From: Macrostomum hystrix
Lineage: Eukaryota; Animalia; Platyhelminthes
Assembly (NCBI GenBank): GCA_950097015.1
Contig: CATNEN010000029.1
Location: forward strand, 4,340,001-4,404,000
Direction of reading: 5' to 3'
DNA length: 64,000 nt
Shown here: positions 24,001-36,494 of the stretch, piece after piece
Position numbering within the stretch: the first letter of the stretch is position 1
How the letters are laid out: every line of letters starts with the position of its first letter
The notes under the pieces: model-generated
Told to the model about the DNA's origin: nothing
Databases searched by the model: none
Seen by the model: the letters and a program-made list of their open reading frames with translations, nothing else
Position numbers and translations under genes: made by a program

Positions 24001-27000
24001 CCGAAACTGAATCACTCCGAAACTGAATCTATCCGAAACTGAATCTATCCGAAACTGAATCACTCCGAAACTGAATCACTCCGAGACTGAATCACCCCGA
24101 AACTGAATCACCCCGAAACTGAATCACTCCGAAACTGAATCACTCCGAAACTGAATCACTCCGAAACTGAATCACTCCGAGACTGAATCACTCCGAAACT
24201 GAATCACTCCGAAACTGAATCAATCCGAACTGAATCACTCCGAAACTGAATCACTCCGAGACTGAATCGCTCCGAAACTGAATCACTCCGAAACTGAATC
24301 AATCCGAACTGAATCACTCCGAAACTGAATCACCCCGAAACTGAATCACTCCGAAACTGAATCACTCCGAGACTGAATCACTCCGAAACTGAATCACTCC
24401 GAAACTGAATCAATCCGAACTGAATCACTCCGAAACTGAATCACTCCGAAACTGAATCAATCCGAACTGAATCACTCTGAAACTGAATCACCCCGAAACT
24501 GAATGAATCCGAAACTGAATCACCCCGAAACTGAATCACTCCGAAACTGAATCACTCCGAAACTGAATCACCCCGAAACTGAATCACTCCGAAACTGAAT
24601 CACTCCGAAACTGAATGAATCCGAAACTGAATCACTCCGAAACTGAATCAATCCGAAACTGAATCACTCCGAAACTGAATCTATCCGAAACTGAATCTAT
24701 CCAAAACTGAATCACTCCGAAACTGAATCACTCCGAGACTGAATCACCCCGAAACTGAATCACCCCGAAACTGAATCACTCCGAAACTGAATCACTCCGA
24801 AACTGAATCACTCCGAAACTGAATCACTCTGAGACTGAATCACTCCGAAACTGAATCACTCTGAAACTGAATCACCCCGAAACTGAATGAATCCGAAACT
24901 GAATCACCCCGAAACTGAATCACTCCGAAACTGAATCACTCCGAAACTGAATCACCCCGAAACTGAATGAATCCGAAACTGAATCACTCCGAAACTGAAT
25001 GAATCCGAAACTGAATCACTCCGAAACTGAATCAATCCGAAACTGAATCACTCCGAAACTGAATCTATCCGAAACTGAATCTATCCGAAACTGAATCACT
25101 CCGAAACTGAATCACTCCGAGACTGAATCACCCCGAAACTGAATCACCCCGAAACTGAATCACTCCGAAACTGAATCACTCCGAAACTGAATCACTCCGA
25201 AACTGAATCACTCCGAGACTGAATCACTCCGAAACTGAATCACTCCGAAACTGAATCAATCCGAACTGAATCACTCCGAAACTGAATCACTCCGAAACTG
25301 AATCAATCCGAACTGAATCACTCCGAAACTGAATCACTCCGAAACTGAATCAATCCGAACTGAATCACTCTGAAACTGAATCACCCCGAAACTGAATGAA
25401 TCCGAAACTGAATCACCCCGAAACTGAATCACTCCGAAACTGAATCACTCCGAAACTGAATCACCCCGAAACTGAATCACTCCGAAACTGAATCACTCCG
25501 AAACTGAATGAATCCGAAACTGAATCACTCCGAAACTGAATCAATCCGAAACTGAATCACTCCGAAACTGAATCTATCCGAAACTGAATCTATCCGAAAC
25601 TGAATCACTCCGAAACTGAATCACTCCGAGACTGAATCACCCCGAAACTGAATCACCCCGAAACTGAATCACTCCGAAACTGAATCACTCCGAAACTGAA
25701 TCACTCCGAAACTGAATCACTCTGAGACTGAATCACTCCGAAACTGAATCACTCTGAAACTGAATCACCCCGAAACTGAATGAATCCGAAACTGAATCAC
25801 CCCGAAACTGAATCACTCCGAAACTGAATCACTCCGAAACTGAATCACCCCGAAACTGAATCACTCCGAAACTGAATCAATCCGAAACTGAATCACTCCG
25901 AAACTGAATCTATCCGAAACTGAATCTATCCGAAACTGAATCACTCCGAAACTGAATCACTCCGAGACTGAATCACCCCGAAACTGAATCACCCCGAAAC
26001 TGAATCACTCCGAAACTGAATCACTCCGAAACTGAATCACTCCGAAACTGAATCACTCCGAGACTGAATCACTCCGAAACTGAATCACTCCGAAACTGAA
26101 TCAATCCGAACTGAATCACTCCGAAACTGAATCACTCCGAAACTGAATCAATCCGAACTGAATCACTCTGAAACTGAATCACCCCGAAACTGAATGAATC
26201 CGAAACTGAATCACCCCGAAACTGAATCACTCCGAAACTGAATCACTCCGAGACTGAATCACTCCGAAACTGAATCACTCCGAAACTGAATCAATCCGAA
26301 CTGAATCACTCCGAAACTGAATCACTCCGAAACTGAATCACTCCGAAACTGAATCAATCCGAACTGAATCACTCTGAAACTGAATCACCCCGAAACTGAA
26401 TGAATCCGAAACTGAATCACCCCGAAACTGAATCACTCCGAAACTGAATCACTCCGAAACTGAATCACCCCGAAACTGAATGAATCCGAAACTGAATCAC
26501 TCCGAAACTGAATCAATCCGAAACTGAATCACTCCGAAACTGAATCACTCCGAAACTGAATCACTCCGAAACTGAATCACTCCGAAACTGAATCAATCCG
26601 AACTGAATCACTCTGAAACTGAATCACCCCGAAACTGAATGAATCCGAAACTGAATCACTCCGAAACTGAATCAATCCGAAACTGAATCACTCCGAAACT
26701 GAATCTATCCGAAACTGAATCTATCCGAAACTGAATCACTCCGAGACTGAATCACTCCGAGACTGAATCACCCCGAAACTGAATCACTCCGAAACTGAAT
26801 CACTCCGAAACTGAATCACTCCGAAACTGAATCACTCCGAAACTGAATCACTCCGCGACTGAATCACTCCGAAACTGAATCACTCCGAAACTGAATCAAT
26901 CCGAACTGAATCACTCCGAAACTGAATCACTCCGAAACTGAATCAATCCGAACTGAATCACTCCGAAACTGAATCACCCCGAAACTGAATGAATCCGAAA

Positions 27001-27339
27001 CTGAATCACCCCGAAACTGAATCACTCCGAAACTGAATCACTCCGAAACTGAATCACCCCGAAACTGAATGAATCCGAAACTGAATCACTCCGAAACTGA
27101 ATCAATCCGAAACTGAATCACTCCGAAACTGAATCTATCCGAAACTGAATCTATCCGAAACTGAATCACTCCGAAACTGAATCACTCCGAGACTGAATCA
27201 CCCCGAAACTGAATCACCCCGAAACTGAATCACTCCGAAACTGAATCACTCCGAAACTGAATCACTCCGAAACTGAATCACTCCGAGACTGAATCACCCC
27301 GAAACTGAATCACTCCGAAACTGAATCACTCCAAAACTG
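18085..27339. repeat. 16-bp satellite (CCGAAACTGAATCACT), ~9.25 kb, ~580 units, with higher-order organisation
   Basis: Continuous array with a small set of recurrent variant units; rare markers recur at kb spacing. Confidence 0.99.
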
Positions 27340-28029
27340 TATGCAAGCATTTACAGTTGGCACGTGGAACAGTAGCAACATAGAGGGAATAGCTGAACAT
27401 TAACTCAATACTCAAATAATAATTCCACATGTATTAATGTGCAAAGGAGACATCGAGGATGTTCAACTGGGTGGAATGTGTCAGAATGTCTTGACAAAAT
27501 AGGCGACAGAAAAAAATAGGGTGAAGCAGTCCATTGCTGTGTCGCGAATTCGAGGTGCTAATGCTCGCTGACGAAAGGGGTGGATGGTGCGAGCATTGTG
27601 CGCAGGGCTAGTATATTGTGCTCAAGGGTGAAGGTTTTAGTCGCTAAGGCCCGCTGACAACAGAAACACTGCCAAAGTGCTATCAAAACTTCATCGATAA
27701 TTGTCCCTCAGGGGGTGTTCTGGCGTCGAACGAGAATGGACTGAAGAAAGTGCTAGTGACGCCTGTGGCGGGGCTAATTTTTTCAACCGCCAACGGCACG
27801 CTTTCGCAGTGTTTCCTGGAATTGCAACAAAAATCTGCCACGGAGACGAGAATTTCTGTGCGCACGAGCTTACCAAAAGTTTGATTTTAGTAGAATGTGC
27901 TCAAGCTTTGAGCTTTTGAGACTGTGAACTTTTATTTATAGTAGTTTTGCTTACTTATCTCAGTAACAATTAGTAATAAAAAATTAGTATTAAAATAATG
28001 ATAATGAACAATTAGTAACAATATCTCAT

Positions 28030-28680
28030 AGTCTCTCAACTCACTATCTCTCAATCTCCCTCTCATGTCTCTCTCTACTCTCTCTCTCATTATCTCATAC
28101 TCACTCTCATTATCTCATACTCACTCTCATTATCTCATAGTCTCTCTCTACTCTTTCTTTCATTATCTCATGGTCTCTCTCTCTACTCTCTCTTTCATTA
28201 TCTCAATGTCTCTCTCTACTCTCTCACTCATTATCTCATGGTCTCTTTCTACTGTCTCTCTTTCATTATCTCATGGTCTCTCTCTACTCTCTCTTTCATT
28301 ATCTCATGGTCTCTCTCTACTCTCTCTTTCATTATCTCATGGTCTCTCTCTACTCTCTCTTTCATTATCTCATGGTCTCTCTCTACTCTCTCTTTCATTA
28401 TCTCATGGTCTCTCTACTCTCTCTTTCATTATCTCAATGTCTCTCTCTACTCTCTCACTCATTATCTCATGGTCTCTTTCTACTGTCTCTCTGTCATTAT
28501 CTCATTGTCTTTTTCTACTCTCTCACTCATTATCTCAATGTCTCTCTCTACTCTCTCACTCATTATCTCATGGTCTCTCTCTACTGTCTCTCTTTCATTA
28601 TCTCATTGTCTCTCTCTACTCTCTCACTCATTATCTCGTGGTCTCTCTCTACTCTCTCACTCATTATCTCATGATCTCTC
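28030..28680. repeat. CT-rich ~33-bp degenerate minisatellite (TCTCTCTACTCTCTCTTTCATTATCTCATGGTC-like)
   Basis: Directly visible. Confidence 0.9.
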
Positions 28681-29459
28681 ATAGCGGAGAATAAGTTTAC
28701 ATAGATGGAATTGCTTGGCAGCGATTGCGTAACAAATGTCTAATTAGGAGGCCAAAACAACAAACTCCAGATGCTAAATTTGCACGTCGATTTTTTTTTT
28801 AACTTTTGAGTCAACTTCATTTGCAAGCATTTTGAGTTAAAACTGCATTTAGCGCTAGAGAATGACATTTTAATTGAGTTTCATTAATTTTATTTAAAAA
28901 CTGAAACAGTAAGTATCGAATGATACAGAATTTTTTTCGTTTGAAAACCTTAGGCAACTTTTTCTGTTGTGGAAGTTGAAATATTTGTTATCTAAGGCTT
29001 GGGATCAAGACTCTGACATGACAATTATGTTTTAAACGAAAATAAATTTACTATGCGCTATCAACGACAGGCTTTATTCATTGTTAAACAAAACAAAAAT
29101 ACAATTATCCCACTCCTGTGATCCCAAATCCTTTCAATTAATCGCCACACCTGGAGGGATTAACCCTGAACCCTTATTGAAATAGGAAGTTTATAAGCTA
29201 ACTAGCCAATTTCGCTCATAACTTCAATAGTCAGTTTTGTTTTCAAGTCATGTTTGTAGTAGTTGCCATCCGACCCATCAGCTTGTAATTATTTTAGGTG
29301 GCTAAAAAACAAAGGAAAACAAAAAAATAATTTCACCAGCTTCAAATGTCCACTTTCTTTGGTTGGCTAATGCCCTTGACAAACGTGTCTCACAACTTTT
29401 ACTGAAGCGCCAACCCCCCGCCATAGCACACGCACACACACTCTCTCTCTACCCCTCAG

Positions 29460-29541
29460 CCAATGGGAGCGCGGTCCAGTTTCTCGCCCCATGGACCGGT
29501 AGCCGCCCATTTGCTCGCCGGCGGCCGTCCACCTCGCCAAT
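29460..29541 (+). promoter_or_regulatory. Putative Dll proximal promoter with two CCAAT boxes
   Basis: CCAAT at 29460-29464 and 29537-29541 in a GC-rich stretch 150-235 bp upstream of the ATG. Confidence 0.4.
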
Positions 29542-29694
29542 AGAGAAGGCCAAATAGACGACACATCGGTTGGTACGGCAGAATAAAAGGCTGCACAATT
29601 CTTGACAACTCCTGAGCAGTTCTCAGTCTTCTCAGCAGCAGTCTCTGCGCAGAGCGAATTAAATTACAAACTCTAAGAAGGAAAGTACTTCCGC

Positions 29695-30022
29695 ATGGAA
29701 ACGCTGAAAGCCGCCGCTGCAGCGGCAGCAGCCGCAGCCGCCTCGGCATCAACAAACTCGCCACCATTCGGAGGTTCCGCTTCCAATCTGCAGCACAATG
29801 AAGGGGATTTTTCTCCCCAAAGTGCTGGCTACCCGGCCGCTTATTCTTCAGCTTCCGGCATTGGACAAGGATTTTCAGGGTCTCCTTACATTTCTGCGTC
29901 TCTTGGTCACCATGGTTACGGCATCGATCAGCAGCAACAGCAGCAACAGCAGCAGCAGCAGCAGCAGCAGGCAGCCTACTTCGCTGCCGCTGTTCATGGC
30001 TTCGGTTCGGGCAGTGCAGACG
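29695..30022 (+). CDS. Dll: Distal-less homeobox, exon 1 (polyA, polyQ N-terminus)
   Basis: ATG-initiated low-complexity ORF; donor G|GTGAGT, phase 1, joins exon 2 in frame. Confidence 0.8.
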
Positions 30023-30436
30023 GTGAGTATAATCTGAATAAATCCCATAATTTTGGGATAATCTTATCCTACTTGTTGTTTTCTCTGTTTTCTCGCATCT
30101 ATTCTCAAAGCTTCACTGATCCAATGTGCCTGATTCCTGGACTCAATTCTAATAGATGATTATCGCTGACCAATGCGACCAGCCATAACCAGATCTCGCC
30201 AAAAATCTGTTGTGCAATTGGCCTCTCCCTAGGGCCTATACAAGAATAAGATAGCATCTAAAATAATGCGGAGTCCGAGGAACTAAAAAAATACGCTATA
30301 CAAGGTTTCAGTGGGCGACTCTAAACTTCTTATCTATTATTCTTTTTAACCATTAGATTTCCACAGCTAGATAAGTGTGCATAAAAGTCTGGCCACCTGT
30401 TGTATTGTCCTCTGACTTGTTCCACTAAAACCGCAG

Positions 30437-30627
30437 ACATGCCGCGGGACTCGGACGGCATTCGGGTCGGCCTCGGCCTCGGCAAGGGCAAGAAGTTGCG
30501 CAAGCCCAGAACCATCTACTCGAGTCTGCAGTTGCAACAGCTCAACAGGAGATTCCAGAGAACTCAGTACCTGTCACTGCCGGAGAGGGCCGAATTGGCA
30601 GCTAGCCTGGGACTCACTCAGACTCAG
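30437..30627 (+). CDS. Dll: Distal-less exon 2 (homeodomain N-part)
   Basis: [43 protein letters not shown]; CCGCAG| acceptor, CAG|GTGAGT donor. Confidence 0.97.
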
Positions 30628-30689
30628 GTGAGTAGATTCGTGTTTCGATGGTTTATCAGCTAGGTATTTCTAATGGATTTTAGATTGTG

Positions 30690-31015
30690 ATTATCAGGAT
30701 TTCGATTGTGATATTCGGGATTTAGATTGTGATATTCGGGATTTAGATTGTGATAATCGGGATTTAGATTGTGATAATCGGGATTTAGATTGTGATATTC
30801 GGGATTTAGATTGTGATAATCGGGATTTAGATTGTGATATTCGGGATTTAGATTGTGATAATCGGGATTTAGATTGTGATATTCGGGATTTAGATTGGGA
30901 TATTCGGGAACAAGATTCGGGAACAATATTCGGGATTTAGATTCAGATATTCGGGATTTAGATTGGGATATTCGGGAACAAGATTGGGATATTCGGGATT
31001 TAGATTAGTATATTC
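30690..31015. repeat. 21-bp minisatellite (CGGGATTTAGATTGTGATATT), Dll intron 2
   Basis: Directly visible. Confidence 0.92.
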
Positions 31016-31489
31016 ATGATTCTGAATGAGCTAATATGGATTCAAACTATAACACTTCGGTAGCCTTTGGATCCGTTTTTAAATTTAAAGGATTTATAAG
31101 ATAGATTTCAACAAGTCTTCCCGATTCGAAACTGGTAGCCTATATAACTCCTAGCGAGGCGCCATAGGCCGTGACGTCTGTCCCGTTACACAGACACTGG
31201 ACCAATCGATAGCGTGACACATTCAATAAGATAAGGGCGCATTGGAAGTTAGGCGGGTCCACTCAAACCTAGCCCTAAGAATGCTCTAAGCGAGTACAAG
31301 CACGGAGCTTGCGTGCGATGAGAACAGATGACGCAACAGTTGTGCTCAAGCATTCCAGATTGGGATATTCAAATAGATTGGCGTGGATCTCACTTTTTGA
31401 AATTGTCTATTAACACCCACTCAACTTGAGCATGTTATTGTTTAAAAAATTCTATTCTATTTTTAATCCTCCACATCCGATTCTCACAG

Positions 31490-31606
31490 GTGAAAATTTG
31501 GTTTCAAAACAAGCGATCAAAGTACAAGAAGCTGCTGAAGCAGGGTCAGGATCCGCAGAATCTAACCGACAGTATGAACGCCGACGACGAAGATTACTCG
31601 GACGAT
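31490..31606 (+). CDS. Dll: Distal-less exon 3 (homeodomain helix 3)
   Basis: VKIWFQNKRSKYKK...DDEDYSDD; CACAG| acceptor, |GTAAGT donor; intron at the conserved Q/V position in the homeobox. Confidence 0.96.
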
Positions 31607-31704
31607 GTAAGTGATGCTATGCTGTAACGTACATGTAATTGCGCATCCTGAATGAACACACCGCTGTTAAATATGATTAAATTATTAACATTTTTTACCT
31701 GCAG

Positions 31705-32295
31705 GAAATGCTTCTTAAGAATGAGGTGGACAGTCCGATAAAGTCGGAGGCAATTGTGCCAGCATTGCAGCAGCATCATCAGCATCTCCACAGTATGCAT
31801 CAGCAATCGCAGATTCATCATCATCAGCAGCAGCACCAGCACCAGCTGCACACGGACTCGGCAAATGAGGCTTGCGATCCCGACTCGGATTCGAACTCGC
31901 GACCACCGCCTCCGCCAACTGGCGCATCCGAGACGGAAGCTGAAGGCACAACTGGCGACTCGGCCATCCAGCGCGACATTCAGGATCGTCAGGACATTCA
32001 GAAGCCGCAGTCGCTGCCCCCGCCATTGATGGGAGAGATGGCCGCTGGCACCCTGATGTCGCAGCTGCTGCCGCACCAGCTGCCGCAGGCTCCGCATCCC
32101 CATCAGCTTCATCAGCAGAACAGTCACCCGCATCTGCAGCAGTACGCCGCAGACTGGGACGCGTCTGCTCATCACCATGGCAACGCCTATCAATTGCCGC
32201 AGATGCCGCCTCATCCTGCCTATGGTTACCATAGCAACCCCTACTGGTACAGTGGAAACTATCATCAGCAGGTGTACAATCACCAGGAGTGCTGA
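31705..32295 (+). CDS. Dll: Distal-less exon 4 (H/Q/P-rich C-terminus); full protein ~408 aa
   Basis: CTGCAG| acceptor in phase 0; open to TGA at 32295; AATAAA at 33014. Confidence 0.85.
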   Translation, partial: EMLLKNEVDSPIKSEAIVPALQQHHQHLHSMHQQSQIHHHQQQHQHQLHTDSANEACDPDSDSNSRPPPPPTGASETEAEGTTGDSAIQRDIQDRQDIQKPQSLPPPLMGEMAAGTLMSQLLPHQLPQAPHPHQLHQQNSHPHLQQYAADWDASAHHHGNAYQLPQMPPHPAYGYHSNPYWYSGNYHQQVYNHQEC

Positions 32296-33629
32296 TAGTA
32301 GTACAGGAGTTATAGGGCCATTGTCGGCTTTTTTTAACATTCCCTCGTCATCGAAAATTGTCTCTACACGAAGCTTGGAAATCTCTATAGATTGTTTGCA
32401 CTAAACTCGCGTATAGAATTGTCTAGACTTCTATCTGTACTTTTGTGTCAGTTCTCTGTGCCGCTCTGCTATAAACTGTTTTTTGTTCTGTAAATTTTGC
32501 CCGACCTTTGCTGTCTGTCGCGTTGGTTTGGCCGCGTTTCAAAATTGTAAAGAAGCCCCGTTTGTCCAACTTAAACACGTGAAATTCTTAGAAAAAAAGT
32601 GTCATCATGCTCCCTCTGTAATCCTTTGCAGTCTAGTTTGCGCACAAGAATTTTCTATGCTCACTTATAGGATTCGTTTTGCAGACCAATATCTGTTGCA
32701 CCTCGTTTTAATAATATCTTCTTTTTTTTCAGTTGTACCCACACAAACAGGCTACACCAATGACCTTGTGTTTGTATTTAACTGACAGTTGAAGTGTCTG
32801 AATCCTGTGAAATGCAAGCCACGAGTGTTTTATACATTGCTGCTAAAATATTTTCACTCTGTCGCTCCGCAGTGTGTTTAAATGGTACATTTCCACTAAA
32901 TAATATATGCAGAATATGAAATACACATATAGAGCAATTCTATACTGAAATTGTGCAACTTACACAAGAAAGGTTAATATATATTCCTATTATATTAGTA
33001 GGACGCTGAAATCAATAAATATGTCTTTCAGTTGTTTTAGTTACATTTGTTAACGCGAAGAAGCGTAGACTAGTTGGTCCGGTATTTTGAAACGATTTTA
33101 GGACAAAGACTAGTCCCTGGATCTTGGTTCGAATTCATCTCGCTGAGTTATATAAGGCACGGATAGCTGAAATTTGAGAAGTCCCCAGAGCTCTTTGGGC
33201 GTGGAGGGAGCCGCTCGGTGAAGTCACCCTGTAATTAGCCTATACCAAGTTTAGCCGCGCCACTGAGCGTAGCCCCCCCCTCTCGGTCAAAGTTTGCACC
33301 AGACTTTTGGTAAAGCAGAGAAGACAGATAGCATTGTTGTCTGGAGGCTTCAGTCAGTGGGCGGATCCTGGACGATGCATGCAGGCGGTGTGCATTCGTT
33401 TGGACGAATAGTGAGAGAACAGAGAAGAATTCTAGCTGCGGGCCATGGTGATTATTTTCGTTGGATAGCGTCTCTCCACCCTGTGGTCCGTGCGTTCTCC
33501 ATCCCCTGGCAACTCGAGAACTTAGCGTTGCGAGAATAGAAGTATTATAAAAAATGAAAAACCTGTAGTGAAAAATAAACTTTTATATGATAAACTTACG
33601 ATTTGGATACGATACTTACGATACGACTT

Positions 33630-34022
33630 AGGACTGGGGTAGATGGACTGGGGTAGATGGACTGGGGTAGATGGACTGGGGTAGATGGACTGGGGTAGAT
33701 GGACTGGGGTAGATGGACTGGGGTAGAGGGATTGGGGTAGAGGGATTGGGGTAGAGGGATTGGGGTAGATGGACTGGGGTAGATGGACTGGGGCAGATGG
33801 ACTGGTGTAGATGGACTGGGGTAGAGGGATTGGGGTAGAGGGATTGGGGTAGAGGGATTGGGGTAGAGGGATTGGGGTAGAGGGATTGGGGTAGAGGGAT
33901 TGGGGTAGAGGGATTGGGGTAGAGGGATTGGGGTAGAGGGATTGGGGTAGAGGGATTGGGGTAGAGGGATTGGGGTAGAGGGATTGGGGTAGAGGGATTG
34001 GGGTAGAGGGATTGGGGTAATG
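33630..34022. repeat. G-rich 14-bp minisatellite (GATTGGGGTAGAGG / GACTGGGGTAGATG)
   Basis: Directly visible. Confidence 0.95.
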
Positions 34023-34619
34023 GGATTGGTGCAGAGAGAGGGTAATATAGGTAAATCATCCCAGGAAGATAATTAATATCGCATTAAGCCAGTTCCCCAT
34101 CCCCCAGTTAAAGCACGAAAATGCATGCAACTACAGAAGAACAGATCAACAAAGCAGCCAGTTCTGCAGGGCAGCTGTTTTGAATGACCTCGCCAGTCGC
34201 TTTTTGGCCAACATCCCCCTAGAGAAGCTGCAGACCCCTTTTAGGAGCATGGCTGAGGATGAAAGAAAGGAGCAAAAGCGACACATGTAACAATAGACTC
34301 GAATCTTTCTTTTGAGCTAGAAACAAACAGCAGGCAACTCAAAGATTGCTTCGCCGTGGACTCAGAAGTCGTCGGAATCAAGAGCTGCTCGCCTGTAGCA
34401 GGGCAGCGGGGAGGAGGTGGGTTGGGGGCCAGCTGATGCTCTGCAGGCCAATTAGTGAAATCTAAGTGAGAAAGAAACTGGACTCAAAAGACGTACGAGC
34501 TATGTGAGCACAATTCTGTAGTTGAAGCTTGCGTCAGCACCGATCGGCAAGAGAAATTGCATGTAGAGAAATTTTTTATCTTGTTAGTCAGAACAGAGTA
34601 GAAATCAAGTAGATGGACT

Positions 34620-34880
34620 AGAAATAGTGATGGGGTGGAAAGAAGGATGGAGTAGAAAGAAGGATGAGGGTAGAAAGTATTATGCAGTAAAAGGATGGAG
34701 AAGTAAAAGGATTAGGGTAGAAAGAAGGATTAGGGTAGAAAGAAGGATTAGGGTAGAAAGAAGGATTAGGGTTGAAAGAATGATGGAGTAGAAAAAAGAT
34801 GGAGTGGAAATAAGGACGGAGTAGAAAAACGGATGGGGGTAGAAAATAACGAGAAGGGTAGGATAAAAATATGGGTAGAA
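34620..34880. repeat. Degenerate GA-rich ~18-bp repeat (GGATTAGGGTAGAAAGAA)
   Basis: About 4 clean copies at 34709-34775, degenerate flanks. Confidence 0.75.
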
Positions 34881-35239
34881 GGCGTGGGTTAGTATGATCC
34901 TCAGAAAGCGGAGCGGTAGAGAAATTGGGTGTGTAGAATTTGGCGTGAGTGGAGTGAAACCAAATAGCAAGTTAATGTGGATTATTTTCATCAATTTATC
35001 CTATTCTCTTCGGATCTCTCATCCGCTTCCGGAAGTGACGAACCGAATGCCTTCATACACGCAAACCAAATACAGTACACAGTTTCTGCCCCAACAGGCG
35101 GTATATGCAGAGCTGGAAATTTCACAGGAACTCCTCTTGATGTCAGTAAAAATTCTTAATTGCTGTCCTCCGGTAGAGCAGGGCTGGCTTGTGCGTAGAT
35201 TATTTTGAAATTTAAAAAGCTCTCTTTTCAAACACAAAG

Positions 35240-35610
35240 TGGAGAAGTCGAGAGTAGAATGTGAGAAGTCGAGAGTAGAATGTGAGAAGTCGAGAGTAGA
35301 ATGTGAGAAGTCGAGAGTAGAATGTGAGAAGGCGAGAGTAGAATGTGAGAAGTCGAGAGTAGAATGTGAGAAGTCGAGAGTAGAATGTGAGAAGTCGAGA
35401 GTAGAATGTGAGAAGTCGATAGTAGAATGTGAGAAGTCGAGAGTAGAATGTGAGAAGGCGAGAGTAGAATGTGAGAAGTCGAGAGTAGAATGTGAGAAGG
35501 CGAGAGTAGAATGTGAGAAGTCGAGAGTAAAATGTGAGAAGGCAAGAGTAGAATGTGAGAAGGCGAGAGTAGAATGTGAGAAGGCAAGATTAGAATGTGA
35601 GAATACGAGA
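35240..35610. repeat. 21-bp minisatellite (GAATGTGAGAAGTCGAGAGTA), ~17 copies
   Basis: Directly visible. Confidence 0.95.
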
Positions 35611-36494
35611 ATAGAAAATAACTTTAAAAATATTAAAATTTTTCATTGCTTAATGAATGTAGTACATGATAATCTATAAAAAAGAAATGAATATATCTAT
35701 AATTGATACACATACTATTAGTAGTTTATTAGGAAGTTCTGTTAAATTTACAGATAAATTATAAAAATTTGATCGAGGAATACTCGTCGTATTTGTAAAT
35801 ATTTGTTCGCTGACGAATATATGGACAACGGATCCCATGCGGAAATTATTATTATGGGGATTCAGTTTGACACTGTCTATGGCCAAACTCTCTAAAGATC
35901 ATTAATGTCTTTGGCCGAAGCCGTAGACTTTTCCAAGTTGCGAAAACACCCGATGAAACACAAGCAGTCATCGTTTTGTCTATGGCCCATAAGTAAATAG
36001 AATAATATGAATAATATGTTTTTACCCTCGCTCTTGTCTGCTTCTTACAGATGTCTATGGTTAAAAAAGTGTGGCCAAAGAAAACAACGGAGTCCCTAAG
36101 GCAAACCTGAAGAGCAGCTGAAGATAAAAAAGCAACGCAATTAGCAAGGCGGAAAAAAACACGAAAGAGACGCAGGTGAAACTGTCACTTTCGCGTGGGG
36201 GCTTTCTGATGGCGCACTGCCAGTAATTACAGACCACTGCAGCAGCAGCAGTAGCAGCAGAAGCAGCAGCAGCAGCAGCAGCACCTGATGTCGGGATAGT
36301 TAAAAAGCGCGGCAATCATCTGAAGAGATAAACGTTCACAGCACGAGCAGACTAGCCCATATTCCTATCTTTTGCTCAACAGGAGCAGCAAAGCAGAAAT
36401 ATCCGGAATGACAGATCATTCCTGTCCGACAGTTGCTTGAAGCAGCGCGCGAAAAGTTTGACGATGGATTCCAGTGCAATGTTTATCTAGAAAT

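Noticed and set aside
18085-27339. CRISPR-like array
   Set aside because: Units are contiguous with no unique spacers, there are no cas genes, and the context is eukaryotic. The same applies to all other arrays.
31590-31710. Suspected frameshift at the Dll exon 3/4 junction
   Set aside because: Rechecking against the ORF track gives a 117-nt exon ending GAC GAT|GTAAGT, in phase with exon 4. The gene model is intact.
31594-32340. 248-aa minus-strand ORF over Dll, and similar overlapping ORFs over gag, DCLK and BLTP2 exons
   Set aside because: Antisense or alternate-frame shadows of GC-rich low-complexity exons.
33066-33136. tRNA gene (A-box-like TAGACTAGTTGG, B-box-like GGTTCGAATTC); similar B-box at about 45096
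   Set aside because: No cloverleaf can be drawn. At most these are decayed SINE heads.
35020-35045. Promoter-like CCGGAAGTGACG (ETS/CRE-type)
   Set aside because: No gene 5' end nearby, as it lies between convergent 3' ends. A single motif is insufficient.
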